NCBI GenBank assembly: GCA_044892505.1
Contig: CM097883.1
Coordinates: forward strand, 191,952,001-192,016,000
Reading direction: 5' to 3'
Origin: Schmidtea nova
Lineage: Eukaryota
DNA length: 64,000 nucleotides
In this document: positions 21,056 to 31,152 of the stretch, piece after piece
Layout: each line of letters starts with the position of its first letter
How positions within the stretch are numbered: the stretch's first letter is position 1
The notes under the pieces: model-generated
Database searches by the model: none
What the model was told of the DNA's origin: nothing
The model's input: the letters and a program-made list of their open reading frames with translations, nothing else
Made by a program: the position numbers and the translations under genes

Positions 21056-24000
21056 TCACCAATTCTCAACTGCACTCTTTTCGGTATACTGTGGGATCTG
21101 GTTTATATTCGCTTGTCCTCCTTGATCGTCATCGTCATCATCATTGCTTGAGTCGTCTTGTGTTCGATATCCCCTCACTCTTTCCCATAATCCTTTCCTT
21201 TCTTTCTTTAGTTGTCGTCTTGCTTGCTCGTCTTGCATTATCTTTTTGAATTTCCTTCCGACATCTTCATTTGTTCCTTTCATTTTCGCAAGTATCTTCA
21301 ACAATCTCTTTATTCGATGTATGTCTTTTGAATGTCCGTGCAACACCATTGTTTTCGCAAGGAATGGTAAAAACCCTACTACCATTTTCCAATTCATTTT
21401 CTTTTCTCTCTTGTAGATATCGAAGCACGCTAACATTTGCGTTATTATTACTCTGACGATTTGTATTATCAATATAACCCCCAGTATTCCAGCCATCATT
21501 TGTCCAAATATCAGGAATCTTCCCCACATTGCCTTCATCATGTTTTCTGTGGCTTTCTTGAAATGTGCCGGTGACAACAACAGTTCGTAATTCGGTCCTT
21601 CTCTGTAATTCGTTCCTCCCGTTATCGTTACGATGTTTGACAGTAATGCTTCTCTTCTTGCCGGGAATAATATATTCTGCCTTGCTGCTTCTAAGTCCTT
21701 TGGACTATAGATTCCGTTGTTTGAGACATCTACGTCGCTGAACTGTCTATCCTTTGACAACTGCATTAGTTCGAATTCTCTTGGTGCTAATACTTCGGTT
21801 CTTCCTGGGAACATAACCCATTTGCCATCTGGCTTCTGATAAAGCGGTCCGTACGCGTTACTACAGTTGAATGGATTTGGTTCAAATCCTGGTGGATTGA
21901 TGATTCTCGTCACCGGTTGAACATATCGTACTTTTCCTTTATAATCGATTTCTAATTCATTTGTACATTGTCCAGGTTTCAACTGCGTTGTTGCTGCTAG
22001 CGATGCGTGTGTCTTTTCGCAAATATATACATACATTGCCTCTCCAACCACTCTTCCGAAATGTCCTTCTCTCAGTGGTAATAATGGCATCGCGCTATCT
22101 GGATTCGTAATCGCTTCGGCCAACTTTGTCTTTAATATTTCCCGATTCAGTATACAATCGTTATTTATCAGATCATAGTACACTTTTTGCAATGAGGCTT
22201 GTCCTCTATGGAATAAGAAATCCATTTTATTATTCACATACAAGTGTAGCTTGATATCCATTGTGTCGATCTTGGGTTTCGCATTCGGCACTTCTTGTTT
22301 CGACACGTATATTCCTGGATAATTTGTTTCGTATACTGTTGTACTGCACTTAAGGGTTGCTTTCCCTTTTATGAATCTCATTCCCACATCCTGATTTGTG
22401 GTTATCAACACTGTTGGTGTGGCTCTCATCTCTATTCGTTTTTCTCTATGATCTGGTCTCAATTGTCTTTTGTTCTCTAAAGCTTCTTTGAGATGTTTTG
22501 CTCTAGCTTTGTCATCATCGTCCTCTTCCTGGAACGTTTTTCCTTGGATTTCGTCGAACTTTGCTCCTTGTAGCAGTTGTAATTGACATTCGTTCACTTT
22601 CGGTTTGTATACCAATGTTGACATTCCCGTTTGACACATACTCCTGTCGATTTTACACATGGATAACGTTTTCATTTCTCCGGTTGTCGGTTCGAAGAAT
22701 GCTTCGTAGCTTTTCAGTTCGACTATGTACGTATCCATCACCACTAAGTTGGTTGCAGGTGCTCCGAATATTGGGTAGGTTTCCCCTTGACAATACCCTT
22801 CTCCTCCCGTAATTCGTCCTGCTACATAATACGTCTGCTGTAACATCATTCCTGGTTTTCCTTTTATCTTGATTTTATCTCTCGTTGTTACTTCTCCATG
22901 TTTAAATAATGCTTCGCAGTCTTCCCCTTGCAATACGATTGGTTCTCTTTCTGTTCCTGGCATGACAATTGCTGAATAATGTCCTCTCCCACAATAGAAT
23001 GCGAATCTCGTCTTCTGTACCTTGCATTCATTCACCATTGTCTTTATTAGTTCTGCCTCTTGATACACGTGATACCATTGTTCTTTTTTAATCTCTTTCA
23101 ATTCTACTGGAGTTGCGTCTTTGCATTGCTCCGTACCTCTCAATGAGTACTTTTCTCCCAATTTCATTTGATCACAATCAAATACTTCGAACGTTGTTAC
23201 ACCTTCTGTGCTTAACAACCATACTAGCATCATCATGATTATCGAGTTTAGATTCAACGTCGACCTTCCGTTTCCTTGCATCGTTTGTCTATTCTCCATT
23301 TCTCTCAATACTCCTTCGAGTTTCTTTCTCATCACGTTAGAACCTTCTTTTGTCTGATTCTCTTTTATGAACTTTTCCCATCCTCCTTTTCTGAGGATAT
23401 ATGGTTCAATTTCTTTCTCGATAATCATCGCCGTATTCTTGATATGTCTTCCCATCGGACTTGACTTCGGACTTCCTCGGCTTAGCGTTAGCAAATTGTA
23501 TATCGTATACGAGATTGCTACTAGATATTTGCTGTCCGTTTCTGCTCCGTTCAGTAGCCTTTTTATCAACATCGTGGTTCCTTGCCAATCTAGATGATTC
23601 GATTTTGTTTTTGCCTTTATCAATTCCGGCATAATCGGTGCTATTGCATTGTGTAGCATTTTTGCCTTTGTACTGGGTTCGTTTATCCGCCACAAATTCT
23701 TTAATTCTGGGTCAATTATCGCTAACACATCCATTATCGTTTTGGTGAGCCATTCTTCTCCTTGACAAACTTGATTCTTCTCTTTTCCTCTGATTTCTGC
23801 GATTTTGTCTAGTTTCTTCAAGCAAATCTCCCATTGCTCTTGTCTCCTTTCTTCTCTTGTCTTTGGAATTGTTGTTGCTGGATCTATCTTTGGTCTCCCT
23901 CTTGGTCGTTTTTCCATTCCAGTTCCGGTTTCTATAAATCTCGCTGCTCTTCCGGTTTCTTCTGTAACATCTCTTCCTTCGTTCGCTCGCTGTTCTAACC

Positions 24001-27000
24001 ATCTTTCCATTTCTTGAGTAAACTGTGGTTGTTCTTGTTCGTCTTCCGAATCGTTTACCATTTCTATGACTACCTCCTGTTCCACTCCTTGATCGTCGAT
24101 TTCTGCTGGTGACGTTATTGGCATCTCTATTATTCTGTCGAAAATATTTGCCGTTGGTTTTTGAGTTAACTTCGTTAGTTCTTCTATCGCCTCATCACTA
24201 TCTGTTAGTATCTCATCGACGTCATACGCTTCTGGCGGTGTTCTCTCTCTCGTTTTTATTGGTGTTGTCCTTGCTTGTCCTGAACTTGTTCCTGGGGTCA
24301 TTGTTGACTTCATCGGACTTGGTGTACTCATGCTTCCTTTCGCTTTCTTTTCCTCTTTAAACTTCAGTGGTTGACCCACTATTTGTGCCACTGTTAGCGT
24401 ATTCATTAGATCCAATTGCACTGGTGTCAGCCAGATTTCCAAATTATTATCCAACGATCGTCCTTGATGTTGCAGGTGGAATGGTAGTTCATACATCAGT
24501 TTCTCTTTAACACTCTTCACTTTTTCGGTTAGCATCACCCAAAATTCTTCTTTTCTCTGATTCGGATACATTATCCTCAAATGTATTTTCTGTGGCGTTT
24601 CCTCCGCGAATTCTCGGTTTCTCCACTTTTTTATTACATCGTCTAGTTGCTCTGGACACCACTCGTTAACTCTCTTGTATTCTGCTATCGCTTTAGCTAC
24701 TTTTCTCAAGTTCGTTATGTCTTCTCCATTTGAGATTATGAATTGTGCTAAGCCTTTTATTGTTTGTCTTTTTCCCCGAGTATTTCCTCTCAACAGCTCG
24801 ATCAATTCACTTGTTTTCTGTTTCTCCAATTCTGCCCATATTACTGCAGTTTCTGGTCCGTCTAAGTCCGTTGGTAGTAACCTCCTTGTTACCATACATA
24901 TCCGTTTCGTATTCAGTTCATATCTGTCTTCTTCTTCCGGATCTTCTTCATATACGCCTCTTTTCACTTTCCAACATTTCTCTTTGTTATCCCATTGCTT
25001 CTCTACTGGCGTCAATCGTCGTCTGTTAAGATCCAATTCTCCTAATATTGTCTCCCATTCTGGCTTCATCTGCCAGTTCCGATAGATTTCTACTATCTGC
25101 CTCAGCTTACGCATAACGTCCTCTTGTCGTTTCTTTTTCCTTTCCTCATCTCTTGGTGTTGCTCTTTGCACATCATCCATTCTGATGACATGTATTGTCT
25201 GATAATTATCCCATATGCCGATTTTGTACGCTCGTCTCTCATCACGTTCGTTTAGTAGGTGTTCTTTGTATTTTATCGCAATGTCATCCTCGAATTCGTC
25301 TTCTCGTTCTCGTTGTAATATCGTCTCATTGATGACCTCTACTATTTCTCCCACTTTACTATCTGGTATTACTTCAATTTGTCTTGTCTCTTCGTTCGGT
25401 AATCTCACAGTAATCATCAGATCTGATACCTCTCCTCTTTTAAACATTTCTTTTCCCATCTTTGCAATTAGCTTGTCCGTCTTGAAGTTTGAATGCCTCG
25501 TTTGACTTGTGTCTCGTATGTTCTCGATACACTGTTTCAAATTCTCATACTCGCTTTTTGTCAATTCCTTTCGATGTTTCTTGATTTGTTGAATGATCTG
25601 TTCTATCATCGTATTCAAATTCTCTGCCAAGATTCTTTCCTTTGCCTCCATCAACTGAGGTTTTATTCTCATCTCATAACACGTATTCGCTTCTCTGACG
25701 ATTCCTTGTAGGTTCTCTTCCTTTTTGGTGTTGCATATAGCTAGCGTTGTTATTTCTCCTGGCCATATGCCTGTGTCTATCATATGCGTTCCTTTTCTCA
25801 CCAATCCGTTTTCCGAATATATGAATTTGTCTTTGTACGAGCTTCCCAATCTGTCCTCAACCCATCTGTAAATTCCATCCGTCATTGGGTTCCTTATCCA
25901 GATTCTTGGTGAACACTCGTTTATCCATATTTGTATTACGTATTCGTTCAGTGGTTCTTTCAATAACTTCTCTATGAATTCCTGTATTACCCTCACTTCT
26001 CTTTCTTGTAACCACTCTTTATACTTCATCTGCCATACTGCTCGTATAAACTTTCTATATCGTTTCCCGTCGATAAACTCCTCGTTATGGATTACTTCCA
26101 ACGCGTTATCCATCAGCTTCTGAATTTCCTCTTCCTTTACTGACATCGTTTCTATCGTCTCGACTACTTCCATCTTTTTATCCTCGTTTTCCGGTTCCTT
26201 TAGCATGTCTCCTGCCAGACTGCTAACTTCGCTGTCGTCTTCTTCATCTGACAACTCTTGTCTTGGGTGTCTCAGCATCCCAATATGCGCGGTTGGTCTC
26301 GCTTCGTTTTTGCTAACTTCTTGTATTAGTTCATTCTCGTTTCCCGTTATTTCAGCTTTTCCCATTCTCTTTTCCAACTCGTCTATTTCTTCCAGCCGTC
26401 TTCGTCTTATTTTTCCTTTAAATATTCGACTGATCCGAGTTTGATGTTTCACTGGTGGGGGAATTTTCTCCGGTTCCGCCTCTCTAATGATCATCACGTT
26501 TATTTTCGTCTCCGTTACTCCCATATTTTCCCATATATCAGTCATCTTCAACTTTACTTCTGGCAAATCCTCTGTTTGTAGGAATGCTTCTCTGGGCAGT
26601 TTCGTTACTCCCGGAATCATCTCATTCACTTTATTGAACAATCTTCCCACTTCTTCTTTTACATCATATTTGAATCGCCACACGTGATCATTCGGCATGA
26701 TCACCAACATTCCTCTTTGTTTGATTCTCACTTCCTCTTCTTGATTCGTTTCTTTTTCTACTTCTTTTTCCGTTTCTGTTTCTTTTTCTACTTCTTCATC
26801 CTTTTGATTCTGCTCCGCGACTTCTACTTCCTGATTCACTTCTTCTTGTTTCTGCCCTTCGTTTCTTTTCTCTTTAACTTCTGACTCGTCTGACTCATCC
26901 TGCTGCTTCTCTTCCATCATTGCTCGCATCATGTTGATCCTTGGATTTCCCTTTTTTAACTGTTGTAATCGTTGTTGCCTGACTTGTTCTTCTTCTCGTC

Positions 27001-28168
27001 GTACTCTAGCCCATTCTTGATTATGTTTCTGTTGGCTTTCTCTATTCTCTCTTTCGGCCTCAGCTTCTATTAACTGGATCATGTTTATCTTTGGTTGAGC
27101 AGCTTGCTGGCTTCCTTTTGCCATGCTTTCGATTATCTCATGTAATCTGGATACCTCCTGTCTCAACTTAGCTTCTTTCATACTGGCTTCATTTGCACTG
27201 CTGTTTGGGTTATTCCGTTGTTGACCTTGATTCCCATAGCTTGGTCGATTCCCGTAATTCGGTCTATTTCCACTGTTTGACCAACTTCTCTGTTGATTAC
27301 AGTCTCTTGACATGTGTCCGGTTTTTCCACATGTGTAACACGTTTTCCCATAACATCGATTTTCTGAGTGACCTTTTTGTCCACACAGTTTGCAGGCTAC
27401 ATTCTGAAAACACTCTTGTTGCCAATGTCCGTTTTTCCCACACGTCTGACATTGCTTATTCTGCCTGTCATTGTAACTATTTCCTCCACTCGTGTTCACC
27501 GTGATATATCCGTTATTCTTCCTCGCTGGCGGTTCTTTGAATAGTCTCTGCGAATGGGGAATACTCTGGTTCATATTTCTTTTCCCTTGTTCTTCATCTT
27601 CTGTCGTTTTTCCCATTACCGCCGTAATTCTCATGTCATTCATTGCCATATGCAATTCGAATAGGTTGGCTGCTTCCAACGCTTCATCGACTGTTTTACA
27701 TCCTTTGCATCCCACTTGTGCTCTGATGTCAGGTCTCCTGAGACCTCGTACGAATAACGCTGTCATTAATTCCTCATCTACTGGACTTCCTCTGTTAAAT
27801 GCCAGTTTCACCAACTTTCTTAATTCGCTTGCGTACACCGCATTTGACTCGTTTCTCCTTTGTTTTCTTGCTGAAAACTCATCGAATGCTTCATTCAGCA
27901 CTTTATTTATCCCAAACGTCTGTTGGAAGAACTCCTTGATTGCTTCCCACGTTCTGGGTGGACTACTTCCCGATCTCTTTTCAATATACAGATCCAATGC
28001 GCTATCTTTCAAGTATAGCGGGATTCGATTTGCCAACGTTTCTGCACTCCATCCGCATATATCCACGAATATGCCAAATTCCTTTAGAAACGTGTCCAAT
28101 CTACTGGCGTCTCCATTGAATGGTTCGCCCTTGAATTTTTCTCTCAGATCCTCTCTGTGATCGCTCAT
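21056..28168 (-). CDS. gag: Gag-cargo-Env polyprotein, 2370 aa: capsid, 3 CCHC knuckles, 2 Ubl-like domains, Bcl-2-like domain, chuvirus-type glycoprotein
   Basis: PFNGDASRLDTFL..WEAIKEFFQQTF capsid. CQTCGKNGHWQQEC, CKLCGQKGHSENRC, CYTCGKTGHMSRDC. EPYILRKGGWEKF (BH2-like). Cys-rich glycoprotein between a signal-like segment and a TM. Confidence 0.93.
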   Translation of the reverse strand: MSDHREDLREKFKGEPFNGDASRLDTFLKEFGIFVDICGWSAETLANRIPLYLKDSALDLYIEKRSGSSPPRTWEAIKEFFQQTFGINKVLNEAFDEFSARKQRRNESNAVYASELRKLVKLAFNRGSPVDEELMTALFVRGLRRPDIRAQVGCKGCKTVDEALEAANLFELHMAMNDMRITAVMGKTTEDEEQGKRNMNQSIPHSQRLFKEPPARKNNGYITVNTSGGNSYNDRQNKQCQTCGKNGHWQQECFQNVACKLCGQKGHSENRCYGKTCYTCGKTGHMSRDCNQQRSWSNSGNRPNYGNRPSYGNQGQQRNNPNSSANEASMKEAKLRQEVSRLHEIIESMAKGSQQAAQPKINMIQLIEAEAERENRESQQKHNQEWARVRREEEQVRQQRLQQLKKGNPRINMMRAMMEEKQQDESDESEVKEKRNEGQKQEEVNQEVEVAEQNQKDEEVEKETETEKEVEKETNQEEEVRIKQRGMLVIMPNDHVWRFKYDVKEEVGRLFNKVNEMIPGVTKLPREAFLQTEDLPEVKLKMTDIWENMGVTETKINVMIIREAEPEKIPPPVKHQTRISRIFKGKIRRRRLEEIDELEKRMGKAEITGNENELIQEVSKNEARPTAHIGMLRHPRQELSDEEDDSEVSSLAGDMLKEPENEDKKMEVVETIETMSVKEEEIQKLMDNALEVIHNEEFIDGKRYRKFIRAVWQMKYKEWLQEREVRVIQEFIEKLLKEPLNEYVIQIWINECSPRIWIRNPMTDGIYRWVEDRLGSSYKDKFIYSENGLVRKGTHMIDTGIWPGEITTLAICNTKKEENLQGIVREANTCYEMRIKPQLMEAKERILAENLNTMIEQIIQQIKKHRKELTKSEYENLKQCIENIRDTSQTRHSNFKTDKLIAKMGKEMFKRGEVSDLMITVRLPNEETRQIEVIPDSKVGEIVEVINETILQREREDEFEDDIAIKYKEHLLNERDERRAYKIGIWDNYQTIHVIRMDDVQRATPRDEERKKKRQEDVMRKLRQIVEIYRNWQMKPEWETILGELDLNRRRLTPVEKQWDNKEKCWKVKRGVYEEDPEEEDRYELNTKRICMVTRRLLPTDLDGPETAVIWAELEKQKTSELIELLRGNTRGKRQTIKGLAQFIISNGEDITNLRKVAKAIAEYKRVNEWCPEQLDDVIKKWRNREFAEETPQKIHLRIMYPNQRKEEFWVMLTEKVKSVKEKLMYELPFHLQHQGRSLDNNLEIWLTPVQLDLMNTLTVAQIVGQPLKFKEEKKAKGSMSTPSPMKSTMTPGTSSGQARTTPIKTRERTPPEAYDVDEILTDSDEAIEELTKLTQKPTANIFDRIIEMPITSPAEIDDQGVEQEVVIEMVNDSEDEQEQPQFTQEMERWLEQRANEGRDVTEETGRAARFIETGTGMEKRPRGRPKIDPATTIPKTREERRQEQWEICLKKLDKIAEIRGKEKNQVCQGEEWLTKTIMDVLAIIDPELKNLWRINEPSTKAKMLHNAIAPIMPELIKAKTKSNHLDWQGTTMLIKRLLNGAETDSKYLVAISYTIYNLLTLSRGSPKSSPMGRHIKNTAMIIEKEIEPYILRKGGWEKFIKENQTKEGSNVMRKKLEGVLREMENRQTMQGNGRSTLNLNSIIMMMLVWLLSTEGVTTFEVFDCDQMKLGEKYSLRGTEQCKDATPVELKEIKKEQWYHVYQEAELIKTMVNECKVQKTRFAFYCGRGHYSAIVMPGTEREPIVLQGEDCEALFKHGEVTTRDKIKIKGKPGMMLQQTYYVAGRITGGEGYCQGETYPIFGAPATNLVVMDTYIVELKSYEAFFEPTTGEMKTLSMCKIDRSMCQTGMSTLVYKPKVNECQLQLLQGAKFDEIQGKTFQEEDDDDKARAKHLKEALENKRQLRPDHREKRIEMRATPTVLITTNQDVGMRFIKGKATLKCSTTVYETNYPGIYVSKQEVPNAKPKIDTMDIKLHLYVNNKMDFLFHRGQASLQKVYYDLINNDCILNREILKTKLAEAITNPDSAMPLLPLREGHFGRVVGEAMYVYICEKTHASLAATTQLKPGQCTNELEIDYKGKVRYVQPVTRIINPPGFEPNPFNCSNAYGPLYQKPDGKWVMFPGRTEVLAPREFELMQLSKDRQFSDVDVSNNGIYSPKDLEAARQNILFPARREALLSNIVTITGGTNYREGPNYELLLSPAHFKKATENMMKAMWGRFLIFGQMMAGILGVILIIQIVRVIITQMLACFDIYKREKKMNWKMVVGFLPFLAKTMVLHGHSKDIHRIKRLLKILAKMKGTNEDVGRKFKKIMQDEQARRQLKKERKGLWERVRGYRTQDDSSNDDDDDDQGGQANINQIPQYTEKSAVENW
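21330..23250 (-). other. env: Envelope domain, chuvirus G-like (class III fusogen) within the Gag polyprotein
   Basis: Motif series FDC..C..CKV.....YCG..H..C..AG...G.C.G, YVNNKMDF, DCIL, GEAMYVYIC, GIYS.KDL..ILFP, WGRFLIFG..AG, matching from memory the chuvirus-like glycoproteins. Confidence 0.8.
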
Positions 28169-29043
28169 CCCGATTCCACTATCTTGGAATACTGTACTAG
28201 TTTTCTTTGCTTCTAGTTCACCACTTGTTTCTGAATTCGACTCTTCTTTTTCACTACTCTCTGTTTCGTTATCTCTTGATTCGCTTCTTGTTCTGTTTTC
28301 CCTGACTAGTTCACTGTCTATCGTCTCTACTTCGTTTTGAACTTCTAGATCTTCTGGGGTTTCTTCTTGGTTCTCTTTATTACTCGAATTATCGCTGATC
28401 TCTACTTGTTTGTTCTTTTGTTGCTTAGGCTTGTTACCTGTTCTTGTTCTTTTTGCTGCTTTTCTTTCGGCTTCCGTTAAGATTGGTATTATACCTGATC
28501 TTGTTTCTCGTCCCTCAATTTTGTCTATTCCTCAATTTCTTATATTCTCAACTGATTTTCTACTCCGCTTTTGCTTTGCTTCTTCTTTGATTTGTTTCCT
28601 TTGATTGCTCTGACTGCTAGATTGCCTTGAATTGTTTGATTGATTTGTTTCCTTAAAACAAATAATCACTTACACGATACGTCCCCGTTATCGTGTTTCT
28701 CGTCCCTCTCACGGGTGTAGTCATAATTCATGAAGATCCCCATTTTTCCCATTTCCCTTGATTTTAAGTCTATTTAAATTATCTATGCAGTCGTATCAAT
28801 TATCTATTCTTTATCAAATACACCAATTACTTTTCCCCAGTTTCCCAATCACTTTGTCGCTCAGCGCTCTTATTATTCCCTTTACTTTTCTCAGGCTTCT
28901 CTGGCTCTGAGTTCAAATTTCCCCTTATCTGTCGACTACCCTGTTTCTCGACTATTCGCTTTATTTCCTATTCACACTACGTTTACTACTTCATTTCAAT
29001 TCTCATCTCTACTCACCTTTAATTCAACTGACATCTCTCGTTG

Positions 29044-29510
29044 GCCTGCTGGGTTTTCCAGTCAGCGCTTTTAATCTCACCTTTTATCTCGAACTCTGTT
29101 TCTCTCAACTTCACTCATTATCTCATTAGCCTGCTGGGTTTTCCAGTCAGCGCTTTTAATCTCACCTTTTACTTCTGCTTCATTATTCTCGACCTCAATT
29201 GTCGTTTCATTAGCCTGCTGGGTTTTTCCAGTCAGCGCTCTTATTATCCACCCTTTATCTCTTCACTGTCGACTTTTACCTGCTCTTTATTCCGATGATC
29301 ATCACTTTTGACCTGCTGGGTCTTCCAGACAGCGTCCTCAATTTCACCACTTTATTATTACTCACTTTTGTTCTCTCGATCTTTCCTGATCGTTATCGTT
29401 GACCTGCTGGGTTTTCCAGCTAGCGTCTTTACCACTTTACCTGTCTTACCAAACCGGTTTCATTTTATTCTCATCGAATCTCATGGTCTGCTGGGTTTTC
29501 CAGTCAGCAC
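29044..29510. repeat. Six copies of a ~21-nt hairpin CTGCTGGGTTTTCCAGTCAGC spaced 84-98 bp apart
   Basis: Core starts at 29046, 29131, 29215, 29313, 29404, 29488. The spacers are pyrimidine-rich and mostly divergent. Confidence 0.9.
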
Positions 29511-29831
29511 CTTTACTTACTCACTTTACTTTACTACTCCTTTGTATGCATACTTTCACCTCATTAGGCCACATAATCAGCTTTACTCGCATTTATCAAT
29601 ACCTAGGTGCGCACCTTCAACTCTCTCGTTATTAATTCGGTTTCTTTCAACCCTTATTCCTCATTATTCGCTATTCATTTTCACTATTCATCATTTATCC
29701 TCATTATCACTTATTCATTTCCATTATCGCTTATTGATCTTCACTATCCGGATAGTTTTATACTTTATTTAGTCCTCATCTGCCTCACTTCGTCGTCTTT
29801 CTCGTGGGCTTTTACTCGATATTTTATTTCG

Positions 29832-30450
29832 AACGAGAACTATGCTCACCGTTGAGAACTATGCTCACTGACGAGAACTATGCTCACTGACGAGAACTAT
29901 GCTCACTGACGAGAACTATGCTCACTGACGAGAACTATGCTCACTGACGAGAACTATGCTCACTGACGAGAACTATGCTCACTGACGAGAACTATGCTCA
30001 CTGACGAGAACTATGCTCACTGACGAGAACTATGCTCACTGACGAGAACTATGCTCACTGACGAGAACTATGCTCACTGACGAGAACTATGCTCACTGGC
30101 AAAACATGGTTGTTATGAGGGTTCTGCTTACTGATGGAAACTCTTTGCTCCGGGGACTATGTTCCCCGATGAGAACTATGCTCACTGATGGTGACTACAG
30201 GAATTATGTTTCCTGATGAGAACTACGCTCACTACGATGACTATGTTTATTGATGAGAACTACGCTCACTGATGAGGACTATGTTCGCTGGTCTTGTGTT
30301 TATTAATGAGAACTCTGCTCACTACGAGATTTATATTTACGGACGAGAACTATGCTCACTATGATGTTGTGTTTCATGACGAGACCTATGCTCACTATGG
30401 TGTTATTTTTATAACGAGACCTATGCTCACTATGAGACCTATGCTCACGA
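29832..30450. repeat. 19-bp tandem array (GACGAGAACTATGCTCACT): 12 perfect units 29870-30097, 2 variants before, degenerate copies to ~30445
   Basis: Counted directly from the sequence. Confidence 0.95.
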
Positions 30451-31152
30451 ACGAGAACTCGAAATATCATCTCTCAGTGGTTGCATGTGTTGCTTCGGGA
30501 TGTTCCTCCCAGTGGTCACTTATGCTTCTTCGGAGAATCTATTGTCGCGTTTCGTTAAGTTCTATCTTTCAAGAACTATGGGCAAATCCTTTCTCTTTAG
30601 GACCCCTTTTATCATTTCCTTTCTTTCAAGGAATTCGTTAAATCCTCGAGTTTTTTCCCTTTCACTCGGTTCATCTATTACACCCCTTTATTCTGTTATC
30701 TATTCATCGACTTCTCTACTTGATTTTACTTTATGCGAGCTGATTACGTGCCTTTCATCATATACCTCATTTCTCTACTCATCTTACTCATTTCATTGCT
30801 TTATCTCTCTCTTTACTGATCAGTTTCAACATCCTCTTTTTATAGTTTTTTCTGCGCGCGCCTAAACCTCGTTGAGTTGTCCCTACCTTTCACCCCAACC
30901 AAAATATATAAAAAGATCGCATTGGTCCACTGATGCACGATGTGGTGATCAATCACATCACAAGAGCTTTCCAATATCCGCGATTGGCCCCTTTCTACAC
31001 ATTTCGGGTAAGTTGATCAGTTGGTTCCCCCCAATGGGTGCTTATCGGACTACTCGTGAGTAGCTCATAATTACTTAGGTCATTTTTACTAAATCATCTT
31101 TAAACCCTCATAATTTCAATAACAACTGCACTTGTTCAAAACTTTATTTCTA

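Noticed and set aside
13274-28534. Alternative genetic code (UGA = Trp) to explain the internal stops
   Set aside because: TGG is used throughout, one internal stop is TAG, and TGA terminates other ORFs normally (e.g. 9448, 7152).
29044-29510. Hammerhead or other self-cleaving ribozyme repeats
   Set aside because: No CUGANGA/GAAA core or three-way junction is visible on either strand.
29870-29888. 19-mer as a tRNA-derived fragment
   Set aside because: Only a ~10-nt resemblance (GTGAGCATAG), which is not significant.
29044-30450. CRISPR array interpretation of the hairpin array and the 19-bp repeats
   Set aside because: Eukaryotic retroelement context with no cas genes. The hairpin spacers are low-complexity and partly related to each other, and the 19-mer spacers are decayed repeat units.
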